From: Podarcis erhardii
Taxonomy: Eukaryota
Assembly: GCA_964252035.1 (NCBI GenBank)
Contig: OZ176216.1
Length of the DNA: 64,000 nucleotides
Reading direction: 5' to 3' (one strand)
Under the pieces are notes generated by a model that worked only from the letters and a program-made list of their open reading frames with translations, was not told the DNA's origin and ran no database searches. Numbering within the stretch: position 1 is the stretch's first letter; the number at the start of each line of letters is the position of its first letter. The position numbers and the translations under genes were made by a program. Shown here in pieces: positions 1 through 13,400 of the stretch.

Positions 1-623
1 GAGGTCGTGGGGCAACCAGCTTTCAGGGAGGGGGTGAGAAAATCACATGCAGGGAGCCCCCAGCCCAGAGGATGAACAAATGAGAAAGGGTGCATGGAAT
101 AAATCATTTTACACCAAGCAGAAGGAGCTGAAGTTGGTGGCAGGGAGAGAAAAAGAGGAATAAATACATATTTGCCGGAACGGGGAAAGGAAACATACAG
201 TACTAACACTCTCCAGAGGCAGGGAGCGTCCAGAAAGTTGCATGCATTGTCTGGGATTTAACCCTAACACAGCCATAAACTGGAACATTTAAAAGGGAAA
301 AGTATATGACTTTTCCGGCTTCCCCCAGTATGGAAAAGGAACTGCACAACAGCAAGAATGGAAGGATGGAGTGTATTGTTCAACTGAGAGACATCAACAC
401 AATAAGCAGCAATGAAAAAGCCACTTTTGTGATGCTGCCAAGGGGTGGGTGGAGGATCCAGCCCCGTACCTACATGCACACGGTCCCCTTGGATGGCAAG
501 AGTGAGCCAAACCAAGAAAAAGTTATCTGAAATGTTCAAAGGGGGAGCTTGGACAGCTGCTCATGGTGGGCAGTGCTCTGAGAAGCTGCATTGGAGGAGA
601 GTAGGCCGATTTAGGTTCTAAGG

Positions 624-745
624 CAGCCAATGCAGCCGTTGCTAACCTGGTGCCCTGCAGCTGTTTTGGACTACAACTTCCATCAGCCCCACCCATCACA
701 ACTGGTCTAGAAAACATCTGACGGGCACCAAATTGGCAAAGGCTG
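624..745. mobile_element. Short palindromic hAT-like MITE (lizard 'actacaactcccatc' hairpin family), degraded
   Basis: Imperfect TIRs cagccgttgctaacctggtgccc / gggcaccaaattggcaaaggctg; core ggactacaacttccatcagcccc. Confidence 0.6.
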
Positions 746-1622
746 TTCTGAGAAATGTGAAGGTTTGGCTCGGTGTTGGCAAAAGGTGGATAGAAGGGAA
801 AGAGCAGAGACATCTCACAGGCAGAAAAAAAATTATTCAGGAGACAGTTGGATAAAAGAACACAAGGCAGGAGACAGTAAAAGGTGAGACGGGGTGGGGG
901 GGATGTGGTAAGAAGAGAACATGTACGTTGAGGTTACTACATGTTCATGCTATTCTGGTTTCTTGTTTCCCTGGCTGAGCTCCCGTAGCTCCAAGGCCTT
1001 TGTCTGAGAGATTACGAAGGATACTTTTGGGGTTGTGTGTTGGAGGAGCAGGCAGTTGTATTTCTGGTTACTGTTGCCTGTTGGCATATAATGATGATAA
1101 GAGGCAAGTATTTTGAAACATTACGTGCTGTACTGGCAGGCACACTTCCCCCCTAATTGTAACCTCTGATTACTTAGAGCCAAAGAGCCTTACGGGAATT
1201 GGGCCCTGGTGTGCCTAACACCCTCCCCCCCAACTCCTGTTTTGATCAGTAGAAAATTCATGCATAATCTGGGATGCAGAATTGGGCCACATAATTGGTA
1301 CGAGGAACTGCCTTGATTTACCTACTTTCCTAGCATAGTTTCAAATTTCGAATGGTGTATTTTATTCTTAATTGGGGATGCACTTAGCTCTTTTCATTAT
1401 AGGAACATAGATACTGTTTCTGCCGCACCACAAAATCCTAGAGCATGTCTATTCAGAAGTAAGTCACACTGAGTTCATTAGCACTTACTATGGAGTCATC
1501 TGCATAGGATAGCAATCCTGTACTAATGAGCCTGTTTATTTAGACAGAGGGGATTTTATTTTACTTCTTAAAAGGTGAAGGAGCATACATTAAACACATC
1601 TGGCTCCTTATGGAAGAAGGGC

Positions 1623-1789
1623 AAGAGAAGAATAGGTTGCTGGATCAGGCCAATTGCCCTTCAAGTCCAGCATCCTGTTCTCACAGTGGCCCAGTTCCCT
1701 GTGGGAAAGCAGAGAGCAGAATATGAGCACAAGAGCACTTTCCCCTCCCATGGTTTTCAACAACTGGTTTTCAGAAGCATTACTGCCTC
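1623..1789 (-). mobile_element. CR1-type LINE 3' UTR fragment
   Basis: gctggatcaggcc...agtccagcatcctgttctcacagtggcc...cagaagcattactgcctc; clearly related to the copies at 4120 and 57113. Confidence 0.65.
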
Positions 1790-3767
1790 TAAATTGATTT
1801 GATTGATTGGTTAAATTGATTCAAAACAACAACAATAATAATAAGGATGAGAATATGAAAATGTAATTCCTATAAAATTTTTACCTGTGTGTTTAAAATG
1901 CTCCGCATTCTTTTATAATGTTTACAGTGACCTTGTAAAGTAGACCAGTATTATTATCCCTGTATTACCAAAGAGGGGCTGAGAGATAATAACTTGACTA
2001 TGTCTGTACAGCATGTTCTGTACATGGTATTTCAGCCCAGACACGACTTGCTGCTTGAAGCACATGAAAATGCACTCCTTTCTTATGGAAACAAAAAACA
2101 GGTAGCCTGACCTGTCATATGATAGACATATGACTGATATATCATGGCGATGGTATGGGTAATCTGTCTGCTGCATTGCTCCACAAACAAATGAATAACG
2201 TTAATAAGAGGTATGGTGTTAACAGACATTTGTGTGCAGATGGAAAAATAATATTTTGTGCCAAACCTTGTCATCTGGATTTTGTTTCTCTGGAAGACTT
2301 GGTAATGAAAAACACCTAAGAGTTTAGGGAATTAATGTTTCCTTTCTTTACCTATGCTGATATAATCTGCGATTGAAGGTGGGGATTTATATATATCTGG
2401 CATGCCCCTTACATCTGAAATATGTGCTTGTCAGCTTTTGAACATGTCAGACTATACTGAGTTAGACCTTTGAACCCTCCAGCCCAGTATCACCCTCCCA
2501 TGTCAACTCAGACACACAAACTACATTTGGATTTTACAGTAAAGCATGATTTATCACGAGAGGAAGAAGTCTAGCTTCCCCACAGTCTTGCACACTCCTC
2601 CTTCTCTGCCACGGCCATGAGGAGGAATTTGAAAGTTTTCACTTCAATTCTCAGTTTACTGCAGCTTATGTTGTTCAAACCCGACAAACTGTGGTTAATA
2701 TTAACTATGGCTTATTTGCAATAAGGCAGTTTCAAACTGTGGCTTTTAAAATAGGCTTGCTTAAATAAACCACGGTTTAGGCTATGCTGGGAGAGTGTGT
2801 TGTGGTTTCTGAACACAATCACTGTCTAACTAGTAAGTTAACACCCGTACTTAAACGTGTATGGTTTTAGAATAATGGTGCCTAGCTGTGTCCTGCAGAT
2901 TCCTGGAGAAAGCCACCAACCACCTTTTAGTGTGTATGTGGGAGAGAAAAGAAGGAAAAGGCATGGAGGGGAAATGATAGAGAGAGTAGCAGAGAGAGCA
3001 GATGAAGTAAAGGATATGGAGTAATATGTAATAAATAGCAAGACCGTTGTTGCAGTTTGGGATCAAGGCTCTGAATCTCAAAAGGCTGAAGACTGTTGAC
3101 TTAGAATATCCCCAGACTTCTCCCAGACCAAATATTCTGTTGAGGTTACTGATACTGAAATCCCAGAACAGAGTTAATCATGTTGAATTCCTGCCGAAAG
3201 CAACAGGACTTAACTGCACTGGATTGCACCCGCAGGCTGGAACTGTAATGACCACTGCAGCTGTCAGTAATAGAACCCTGTTTGAAATAGCTTTCTTTCT
3301 CTTCATAAAGGATCTAGTGACTACCTTACTTTGAGGGGTGAGGAACGGCTTGGCTTGAGGCCAAGGTACCTTGTGCAGCATTCATCACAGCCTGTTGATT
3401 TGTTGCCAGCAGAAATTAATAGGTGGTGGATTTGTTTCTCCTGTTGCATCCAAGCAGTGGTATCAGTTGCTTGTTAGCAGTCCAGGGAGCAAATGTGAAA
3501 TGGTCTGCATTCTGCATATCTAGTTCAGAATTTAACTTCCACTGAGTTCTAGCTTGCATATGTGCTCAAAACAGTCAAATCAGGTTTCAAGCTGCCCAAT
3601 TCTGTTGGCGGTGGGGGAGTGTGGGTAGCATCTGTAGAAGGTTCAGAAAAGATAAGGTTCCCTGGGCAGTTTCTCCAATAATTGAGAATAGCACTTTAGC
3701 TTCGTAGATTTCTGGTTATCTTCTTTCTCTTATGTAGAGCCTTTTGGGATTCTTCTGCCATGCTGTA

Positions 3768-3987
3768 CTGTGGTACCTTGGGGATTACAACTGTTTTGGA
3801 TTACAACCACATCAAACCCTGAAGTGCGTGTCCCTTTTTTTGGACTACAATCCCCTTTTTTATTATTACAACCCTTTTTTGGGGGGGGGGAGGCCCCATT
3901 GGCGAAAGCGCGCCTTGGGTTACAACCTGTTTTGGTTTACAGCCGGACCTCTGGAACAGATTATGGTTGTAAACCAAGGTATCACTG
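3768..3987. mobile_element. Tc1/mariner (pogo/Tigger-like) MITE
   Basis: TIRs ctgtggtaccttgggattacaac / gttgtaaaccaaggtatcactg, TA on both sides (3766-3767, 3988-3989). Confidence 0.8.
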
Positions 3988-4119
3988 TACTTTCATTTCT
4001 GAGATGAAGAGCAATATGTAGCAAGTGAAAGTTGGTGCCAAGACCTCATAATTTTGCAGCAATATTTTCCCTCCCGTGAATTGCAAGGTTACTAAATCAT
4101 TTGCCCAGAGGTCGGCATC

Positions 4120-4288
4120 CATCACCTTAAACCTGGTTGCATCTAGTCCAGCATTCTGTTCCCACAGTTGCCAACCAGATGCCTGTGGGAAACCTGCAGG
4201 CAGGAACCTAGCACAAGAGCACTACACCCCCTGCCCCACCACTGTGGTTTCTAGCAAATGGTATTCAGAAGCATTACTGCCTCCAACC
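4120..4288 (-). mobile_element. CR1-type LINE 3' UTR fragment
   Basis: catctagtccagcattctgttcccacagttgccaaccagatgcctgtgggaa...cagaagcattactgcctcc; same family as 1623-1789. Confidence 0.65.
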
Positions 4289-4329
4289 TCTATATGTACT
4301 TTTTAGCCCCCACTAAATATATATATCTA

Positions 4330-4640
4330 GGGACGTGGGTGGCGCTGTGGGTTAAACCACAGAGCCTAGGACTTACCGATCAGAAAGTCGGCGGTTCGAA
4401 TCCCCATGATGAGGTGAGCTCCCATTGCTCAGTCCATGCTCCTGTCAACCTAGCAGTTCGAAAGCACGTCAAAGTGGAAGTAGATCAATAGGTACCGCTC
4501 CGGCGTTTCCGTGCGCTGCTCTGGTTCGCCAGAAGCGGCGTAGTCATGCTGGCCACATGACCCGGAAGCTGTATGCTGGCTCCCTCGGCCAATAAAGCGA
4601 GATGAGCGCTGCAACCCCAGAGTCGGCCACGACTGGACCT
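4330..4640 (+). mobile_element. Sauria SINE, 3'-truncated, with 15-bp TSD
   Basis: tRNA-like head (ggtggcgctgtggg...ggttcgaatcc), body ctagcagttcgaaagcacgtcaaagt...ggccacatgacccggaag. TSD ACTAAATATATATAT at 4312-4326 and 4642-4656. Confidence 0.92.
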
Positions 4641-5354
4641 TACTAAATATATATATTCTTGAAGCTGGGGGTGTATTTGCACATGCCCTGCCCCTGTTAC
4701 CAACGAGATTCTCTTTCCCAACAACTCATCAATGTATGCAATGTTGTCAACAGCTAGTTCTTAAGAATTTTGTGCTGCTAGCAATGTGTTTGTAAATCTC
4801 CTTTCTAGGGAATCTTAGTGCATTCACACTGAGCTTGGTTTGGTTTTAGCGCTGTACTTAGGTCAGAAATGTTTGTACATATCTGGGTTTACACAATTAC
4901 TGATGGCTGAGTTAACGTTCGACAAAATCACGTAGTTGGAGGGTCTTTTTATGGATTGAAGCACGTCAAGCACTTGAATTACAGGTGCGGGCAGTGGATT
5001 ACGCTTGTGGATGTTCCTCCCTGTAATCTTAACAGGTTGAGCTGGCCCCTAATTTTATCCCATCAGTCTTTCCCTATGTACTATCTTTTGTACAGCCAGG
5101 GAAGATTTGTATGTGGAGGAGCTTTTAAACATTGGCTTCCTCATTCTGCAGTACTTAAGTAATGCAGTCCACGAATGACTGTACCATGAGATTCTGTTGA
5201 AAAACATACCCTGCTTTTTAGTTCTTTCTTCCTCCATGGTGCTCAAGGATATGTTCATGGGGTTATCCCACTTTATCATCACAACAGCCCTATTGTGCAG
5301 TTTAGGATGAGAGAAAGCAAATGTGAGGGCTTAATTTGCACAAAGCAGCATTGA

Positions 5355-5385
<31 letters not shown>

Positions 5386-5560
5386 ATCCCACCTTTGTCT
5401 CCAGGGAGCTCAAGGTGGCATACATGGTTCTCCCCGTTCCTCATATAATCTTCACAACAACCCTGTGAGGTGGGATTATGCTGAGAGGCGTTGACTGACC
5501 CAAAGTTAGCCAGTGAGCTTCATAGCCAAGTGGGGATTTGAACCCTGGTTTTTCAGGGTT
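5355..5560 (-). mobile_element. CORE/MIR (Ther1-related) SINE with (TTA)n tail
   Basis: cttcacaacaaccctgtgaggtggg...cagtgagcttcatagccaagtggggatttgaaccctgg is the reverse complement of the MIR-type core; (TTA)n tail at 5355-5383. Confidence 0.7.
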
Positions 5561-6736
5561 TAAAATGCCACCAGAACTGACTTATGAAAGCTTGCTTTTC
5601 TTTGCAAAAGCAGGAACTGTAGGTAACACCATTAACACCTTATTGATCGCTACATAGCACAGCCATTCATGTGCTTGTATTAAGGGTTAATATTAGGTCA
5701 AGTCACAGTGGGCATTGCCCACCAATACCTGTGGGTGACCTTTTGCTTCTGTTTTATGCTTAATAAATACTTGTTCTCTGCAGCTGGCTGTCAGTATTAT
5801 AAGTGAAAATATTTATAGCTCTGTCTACTAAAGAACATGTATTTGTCCAATAACTACTCCAGCCCTTGCTTATTGTTGAGTTTATTTTTGGCGGGGAGTG
5901 CAGAGTGCTGTTCTCATGATGTATGTGTGATATGTGAGATTATCATGAACATTATGTAGTGTATTATATAACATTTTTCTAAAATGGAAAACTACTAAGT
6001 TGAATATTTAAGAAATATAGTGTATCCCTTCGAGGTTTTATGAAAGCTTTATTCGGTTTTCAAGGAATGTATTCTTATAGCAAACATTTCTCTTTAAGGA
6101 AGTATTCAAATTTTTTGAAAGTACATGTGGCATGTAAATTTGCCCTTTTTTGGCAATGAATATAATAATTTAAAGCACTTTTTTATACAGGCTTGATTTT
6201 AAGTCAGTCCACCCTGGCATAATAAATACTTGTTGAAGAACTGTACCTGTGGATTTAATGAAACGAAAGGGATTTCACAATACAGTGCAATTAACGTAGC
6301 AGCAGAGCAGGATTTTGTCTGTTGCATTTTAAATGCCAGTTCAGATTGTACATTTTCGCATAGCTACAGGAAACTTGGCTGGACACCCAGAGGGAAAAAA
6401 TAAAATGAAACCCTCACATAAACATAGTCATGTTCATATTTCTTGATATACCGTCTATTAATTGCGGAGCTTTTCTAGAGGTTCAGTCATATAATTGACA
6501 ACAACCCAGCTCAGGGGATGTGTTTATACCTTTGATTATTTTGCTACAGGTGTGTTACTATATGCCTGTTGCCCCAAAGGCACTTTTGTGTTGGTCATGG
6601 GGTCTTTGCTAAAATCTTGAATGCCCCCATTTCTATTCTTTATTTAAAAAGTTAAACAAAGTTTGTAGTCAAGAAGGTTCTAGATAAACCTTTTGGAAAA
6701 TTAAGTACAAAAAAAACCCTAGGATGCAAGAACAAA

Positions 6737-6799
6737 GTAGCAGTTATAAATCCATATGTAGCAGCTATAAATCCATATGTAGCAGTTATAAATCCACAT
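6737..6799. repeat. 21-bp tandem repeat x3 (gtagcagttataaatccatat)
   Basis: Three adjacent units starting 6737, 6758 and 6779, each with at most 1 mismatch. Confidence 0.95.
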
Positions 6800-6829
6800 G
6801 TTAAAAAAATTTAGAAGTTTATATTTGTA

Positions 6830-6831
<2 letters not shown>

Positions 6832-6872
<41 letters not shown>
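6832..6872. repeat. (CA)n microsatellite
   Basis: Direct reading. Confidence 0.98.
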
Positions 6873-6874
<2 letters not shown>

Positions 6875-8715
6875 AATGAAGTGCTCAGAAGAGAATATTG
6901 CATGAGTTTTCAGTGCACTGTGCCCTCTGTAGTTTGGTGTGTCCCACATTATTGGGAACAATAGGCAAATCATGTTAATTGCGTACTTGTAAGTATGCCA
7001 AGAGACAAGGGTGAGGTTTCTCTTGCAAGTGGCTGGACTAATGAAAGATGCATCCATCCCTGGTTTTTGGCAGGACCCTGGCCCACAACGCATTGCACAA
7101 TTGCAGCATGAGCTGTGAGTGGAGTGACAGCAGTGTCTCCTTGCTACAACTGCTGGACACCATTTTATTTCCTTTTTGATAATATTGTTTTTCTTGATTT
7201 TTTAAAAAAACATAATGATAATTAACAGCCGCTTGGGTACAATAGCCCTTAAAGGGAGCTTCAGTATTTTGCCATCAGCAAAACTTTAAAATTATGAGAC
7301 AACTTTAAAAGAAAAAGCCAGTTTCCACCCATTCAGGGTGCAAAGGGAAGGTGACCAATATTTGGTGCAATCCCAGATGGGATTCCCAGGGAGGACATAA
7401 TTTTTGTGCCTTGTGTGGCTCCTTGCTCCCTTGCAGATGCAGACTGGTGTGACTTAAGCAGTGCTTAAGAAACCAAAGAAACCATAGTTTTAGCTTTCTA
7501 ATTTGTTGATTCAGACTATATATTTTTTGCTAATGTGTAAAAGGATGGTTCTGAAGCAAAATCACACTTTTTTGTTCTTAGAATTGGAAGTTTTTCCTGT
7601 GCATAAGAAAATGGGGAATGCTTATTTTAAGATGGGGCCTGTCATTGGCAGCATTATAAGAACTAAGCAGCTAATTTGCCCACTTAATCGGGGGTACCTT
7701 TTAGTTGCTCTGTTGTTTTTTAAATCAGCCACTCTAACCAATCAATTGATTAGATGTTGCAGTCCTAAAAACAAGGAAACATAGGTGAATATATTTTATT
7801 TTTACAGGTTACAGAGTTAAGACTCTCCTGGGTCCAGAATTGTTATGTGCCTCAGCTCTGTATTGTTGCATCTTTGCAGGTTGAAGAATTTTTAGATTTT
7901 AAGCCCCCCTGATTAATTTGTCTTTGCATGAGGAGACAGAAGAGCCAAAAATGACATAAAAGGAAAATAATAATAATCTGTACTGAAGATCTGTTCTTCT
8001 GTAATTAATTATTCCCCCTATTCAGCCAGGCTGGTGTGCTTCTATAAAACAAGCACACAGCCTTAGGGTTAGGGTGGAGGACATATTCAAATTAAAGACA
8101 TTATTCATAGTTCTGGAAAATGTGTGAATCCTTCCCTCACCCCACTCTTAACAACAAACAGAGGCATAAAAGTCAATTATCTGTAATCAGCACATTAATG
8201 TCAACTGTAGTCTTGTAAATACAAGTATAGAACACAGACATGTACTATAGGTAGTGATAAAATATATAGATACTATGGCTGCATTTTCACATTGGAGTTG
8301 TAGGAACCTGTTAAGTGTAGCCACTTTGCAAGATCTCTCATGCTTACTAAGAAATAGAACTCAGGATAGAGTTATGTGCATTGGAGTAGCCCCCACTGTT
8401 TCAATTCTGGTTTGGAGGGCTCGCTCAAATGATGGTTTGCTGATTCAGATGCAATGGTTTGCTGAAATTGGGAAGGAAATTTTTAAGTTGAGTGTGAGAG
8501 AAAAGGAGGGCGTGCATGGGGCTTGGAATGCAGCTGTTCTCTATGAAATTACATTTATTGCTTCGTGGTCAGAGAGCATACTTAGTAAAGGGGGCATTTG
8601 TAATTGGAATTTGTGACTTATGCTGCCTAGCACAAAGTTTTGAGAAGCTTAAAGAACAGGCCAGATTGAAAGACATCTCTAGGTCCAAAAACACTTTATA
8701 GTTCTGAAACGCTAT

Positions 8716-8916
8716 ATAACTTTCTGACGGTAAGAAATGTTCAACAGTGAAAAGGACTCTCTTGGGAGATTGTGGACTCCCCTTCATTGGAGGTTTTTAA
8801 TCAGAGGTTGGATGGCCATCTGCCATGGATGCTTTAGTATAGATACCTGCATTGAAGAAGGTTGGACCAGATGACCATCGTGGTCCCTTCCAACTCTGCA
8901 GTTCTATGATCCTATG
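8716..8916 (+). mobile_element. CR1 LINE 3' end fragment
   Basis: aactttctgacggtaag...ggaggtttttaatcagaggttggatggccatctg...ggtcccttccaactct followed by a ttctatgatcctatga (ATTCTATG-type) tail. Confidence 0.9.
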
Positions 8917-9299
8917 ACTTGCCAGGGGTAGAGGACCTTCTATGGCCTAGGGGCTGTATTTCCACCTTCCTGGGTTGCTATGCAGAGATTCTCCCCTCCC
9001 CTTGCATGCAATATTAGTGCAATTTCCAGTTTTGAATACTGTGTTCAGCTGCTTTGTGATGTTGGCAAACTTTCTGCTCCGGTTTTGCACAATCCCAGCT
9101 TCCTGTCCTCCTGATTGCATGCTGTTACTTCAAAACTATGACCTGGAGCAATGTCCAGAATGGCGAGAAGGAACACATTTGGCAATCTAGCATACTGGAG
9201 GGCCTCTTTTTGAAATTGCAGCACCCATTTGCTATTACAAACATTAAAGGCTGGAAACAACAGACATGTATTAAGAGCTGCTTGCTGCCCCTGTTGGAG

Positions 9300-9351
9300 A
9301 TGTCTAAGGGAAGCGTATGAACACCATGTCTAAGCAAAGCGTATGAACACC
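9300..9351. repeat. 26-bp tandem duplication
   Basis: atgtctaagggaagcgtatgaacacc followed by atgtctaagcaaagcgtatgaacacc (2 mismatches). Confidence 0.9.
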
Positions 9352-9984
9352 AGGTGAATCAGGTGGTAGACAGTTCTTCAAAAAGCTTCTCTGAATAAAT
9401 AGGTATTCTGTTGGCAACAAAGTGTTAAAGAGCTCACTTCTATCTGCTGCCATGTGGAATTCTTGCTGTGGCAGTGCTTGATTGGGAATGCCCTCCCCTC
9501 TGTGGTGTGTTTGGCTTCGCCATTGTATACAGTTTGATGACTGATCAAGATGCATCTTTTTGTACAGATCTTTGTGAGTGGAGGACATTACATGGTTTAA
9601 TTGTATTGACCTGTATGCACCGGGACTGCATGGTGAAGGGCAGGCTATAAATGTCCAACAATGCTTGCTTGCGTGCGTGCGTGCATACTGTGCCTTTGTG
9701 TGCTTGTGGCTGGATCCTTCAGTTGTCCTAGTGTCTAGTTGTCTATGTGATGTCTTGCCTGAGTCACTACTCTGCCAGCCTCCTCCTGCTCTGGAGGGTA
9801 CATGCAGAACTCATGTAGACGTCCAGGAGTTGTGCTGCTCTGTATGTGGATAGTTTTTCTTTTTTACACAGTTGAGTGGAAATACAACTCTGCTATCAGA
9901 CGTTTATGGTGATTGATTGTGGTGCATAAGTACCCTCCCACAAAATTCTGTTTTAGTTCCTAATCTGTTATAGTTCGTGTTACC

Positions 9985-10126
9985 CATGGGATGGGGAACC
10001 TGCGGGCCTTTCAGATGTTGTCAAACTTCAACTTTCATTATCCCTTATCATTGGATGTGCTGGCTGGGACTGATGGTGGTTGAAGTCCAACAATATCTAG
10101 ACGGCCACAGGTCCCCCATCTTACTG
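9985..10126. mobile_element. Short palindromic hAT-like MITE (hairpin family)
   Basis: ggggaacctgcgggcctttcagatgttg...caacaatatctagacggccacaggtccccc inverted symmetry. Related copies near 13330-13420, 26087-26214, 26968-27010, 31916-31986 and 41770-41880. Confidence 0.7.
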
Positions 10127-10201
10127 CTTTTAGAAGAGGTTTTAGTTTTATGTTGTCTATTTGTAATACGGTGTGTTTAACCCATGTCTCAAAACACATT
10201 A

Positions 10202-10416
10202 CAGTGGTACCTCTGGTTACATACGCTTCAGGTTACAGACTCCGCTAACCCAGAAATATTACCTCGGCTTACGAACTTTGCTTCAGGATGAGAACAGAAA
10301 TCGCACGGCAGCAGTGGGAGGCCCCATTAGCTAAAGTGGTGCTTCAGGTTAAGAACAGTTTCAGGTTAAGAATGGACCTCCGGAATGAATTAAGTACGTA
10401 ACCAGAGGTACCACTG
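10202..10416. mobile_element. Tc1/mariner (pogo/Tigger-like) MITE, full length (215 bp)
   Basis: TIRs cagtggtacctctggttacatac / gtacgtaaccagaggtaccactg (22 of 23 match); TA at 10200-10201 and 10417-10418. Confidence 0.93.
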
Positions 10417-13400
10417 TAGATTCCTTAGTAGACCAGTAGTATAAAATTAAGTAACTGCAAAACCTTCCTTGTTTGTTCACCTGGAAACAATTTTTACTTC
10501 TCACAAGTGACTAGGTGAAAGGCTTTTTTTCTTTTCTTTTTAAAAGCATTGTGCACATTGCTTCCCTATTGCACAGGGCAAGCACCATCTATGGTGCAGC
10601 TCTGAATGGCAGAGTTGTCTCCTGGATTCAGTTGGAAGAATATTTCAGGCTTTCAGACCTGCTTTCCTGCCTTGCTGTGAAAAAAAGTATTTCTGATCAG
10701 ATGCCTGAGATTTTTTTTTTGGCCCTTCCTAAACTTTTCCTACATCTTCTCTGATCACACTCCCTTCTACAAGCTTCGGCAACCTAACCTCCCTTTATGG
10801 TAAAGGGGAGATTACAGCATATTTGTCACAAAACGTGGGTGGAAAGGTGGTGTGGGTAGAGATCCTGAGGTTGGAAAATCCACAAACAGGCCTGCAGAAA
10901 AGCCAGCAGCCCTCTTCTGCCTCCTGCAGGAAGCCACTTCAAGGGCAGCTGAGTGCAATTTTGTAGTTCTGGAGGCTAGTTTTTCTGCAGGCAGAACTTG
11001 ATTACAAGGCAGTTGCTGTAGGCTTTTCCTTTAATGTTACAAATGAACTGTTAGCGCCTTTGTAGTTATGTTCTAGGTCTAATGGGGCCATTCTTAAACT
11101 TTGCTGTTTCAGCGAGGAAGCATGCTTGGAAAGTGGATACTGGCTGCTGTGCCAACACAGTACAGATGCTGGCATTATGAGAACATCCTGTCTCTCTTGC
11201 AGGCAGTACAAGTGCTGCATATATGTAAGATTGCAGGGTAAGGGAAACGTCTTGCGGCCATTTTCTTTAGCTAATTTAATTGATCTCCTCCCTAAGTTCT
11301 TCTGGTACAGACTATCACCGGAGTGCCCACAGTTCCTTATCCTGTGATTAGTTCCCTTGAAATCATAGCAATTTTTGCAGAATTCCTCATGCAGTTAAAC
11401 CCCAAGCAATGCTAACTTTTTTTGTATTTATGTAAATTGTGGCTTAAATCTATAATCTGTAACAATGGGCTGAGCAATTGAGTTTTGTAGTATCAGGTGA
11501 TAAGGAAACGTGTATCTGGTTCTAACAATAGCTTGCAATGACTAGAGTACGATGCCATGGTCAATGGAATCGGAAGCTGTGCTCTTTGCTTCTGGATGCT
11601 TGAGGAAGTGGATTCTTCCCAATTCCTTCCCATCTATGTCCATCATAGAGATGATGGTCTCCTTCCTCCCATGCACATTGACTTCCTTTAGCAGTTGCTT
11701 ACACTGCATGGGAGCCATTAGATCATCCAAACTTTGCAAACAATAAAGGCTGGAGACACAAGAATGGAGAACTGTGGGGTGCCCACATGTGATTTTTGAA
11801 GAACATGACTTGCCTTTTGTTTGTTTAACAGAATGTTAAACTTGTGGTGGGGGTGGGGAGAGAAGCAAGACAGAGGCAGAGGTGGTCTCATGCTGCAGAG
11901 TTTAAAAACCGCTTTTATAGAAAGCAGTGATGATCACTGAAAACACCTGTTTTAGTCTGTTGGTTTTTAAGAGATGGGTTTCTCTGCAGTTCCTTCTTCT
12001 GTCCCCTCTGTGTGTGGTGTTGCATAGACAGATTCCCCACTGCATGTTCCACAGAACTCCAGTTCAGGAGGTGCTGCAGGCTCGGAGCATGATGGGTTGC
12101 AGGTCATATACTTAAAGCATGTGCAAGTATCCATTTACCCCTAAACTGACACTCCCCTTCCATTTGTATTCATGTGTACACAGTCAGAGGGAGCAATTCA
12201 GTGACTGTCGATTTAGCTTTGTGCAAGTTGTATTGAATTCATTTTCAATGCACTACAGCAGTGTGAAAAGTGAGTGAATCACCTATGGCAGAAGTGGCTG
12301 CTGGAAAAGCTTGCCTCTCTGTTGTATTTGGTGAATCACTGCCCATGGTCATCAGGGGAAAGCCAGTTCCCACATTCATAAACATTTCCTGGTTTTACCC
12401 TCATTGAACTGGGTTATGATGCAGAGACACGGCTGACAGGCAAATGCTTTGTCTCCATTTCCCTGTTAAACATCTTAAATTTCAGTGACACTTGGATGGG
12501 AAAAGTCTTTGAGGTTTTTTCTGCTAGATACATTCCAAGACTTATGACAAATTCCCATGAGTGTATTTTAGTCTTAATCATGTGGGCAGGCATGGAGGCA
12601 GCAGGAGAGGGTTGTATCCCACGAAGTTCTCCTTGGAGTAGACTTGCTGAAATTAATGGGCTTAAGTTATTCATGTCCATTAATTTCAGTAGGTCTGCTC
12701 TATATATGACTTATGGTGGATATAACCCAGAGCATGCATAAATGTGAATTCTGTCTGAATAGATGTGCTTGTTAAGATTTTCCTGGTCGTCCCCCCGGTA
12801 ATGCTTTGAAATTCATAAGCCTTTCGGAGGAATATTTTGGGATTGCAACATACCTGTGTAAACCTTAGCCAGAAATGTTTTCTGATCTTTCATGTAGTAA
12901 AAAGTAACATCTCCTTATCATTAATGCTCTCTTCCTGACCACCTTGCTGGCCCTATAAAGGAAATGCTCTCAAGTGATATTAGCCCCTACTCTTAGGTAT
13001 AAAGTGGGTACAGAGACTTTGGGGAGCATAGCCATTTGGGTGGGAGGACATTTGGTAAGGGAGAGAAGAGGAAAACAAACATTTGGAAGTCATAAACCAA
13101 GCTTTTAGGGACACATTCCTATTATCTTTGCATTAGACTTTAAATCTCATTTATTTAGAAATTCCAGCCAGGTCCAAGCATTCTGTGTTCCTCACAGTTC
13201 CCCTCAGAAGTGGAATGATTTAATCATACACTGTTTCAAACTCTCCTTGTTGGGAATAATTCTGAACAAGTAGAAGAAAAAGGATTTTCTGGCTAGATAA
13301 GACCAATAGTCTATCCTAGGGTGCTTTCCACATGTTGTTGGATTACACTTCCCCTATTCCTGACTATTTGCCATGCTGTGTAGGGCTGACAGATGTTGCT

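Noticed and set aside
4330-4410. tRNA gene-like A/B boxes (also at 35753, 33960 and 54932)
   Set aside because: These are SINE heads continuing into SINE bodies; no complete cloverleaf.
6737-6799. Short direct-repeat arrays as CRISPR-like structures
   Set aside because: No unique spacers and a vertebrate context; simple tandem duplications.
11542-11739. 65-aa minus-strand ORF with protein-like composition (LKEVNVHGRKETIISMMDIDGKELGRIHF)
   Set aside because: Starts at TTG, is short, and I recognise no family; cannot support a pseudogene call without a database search.
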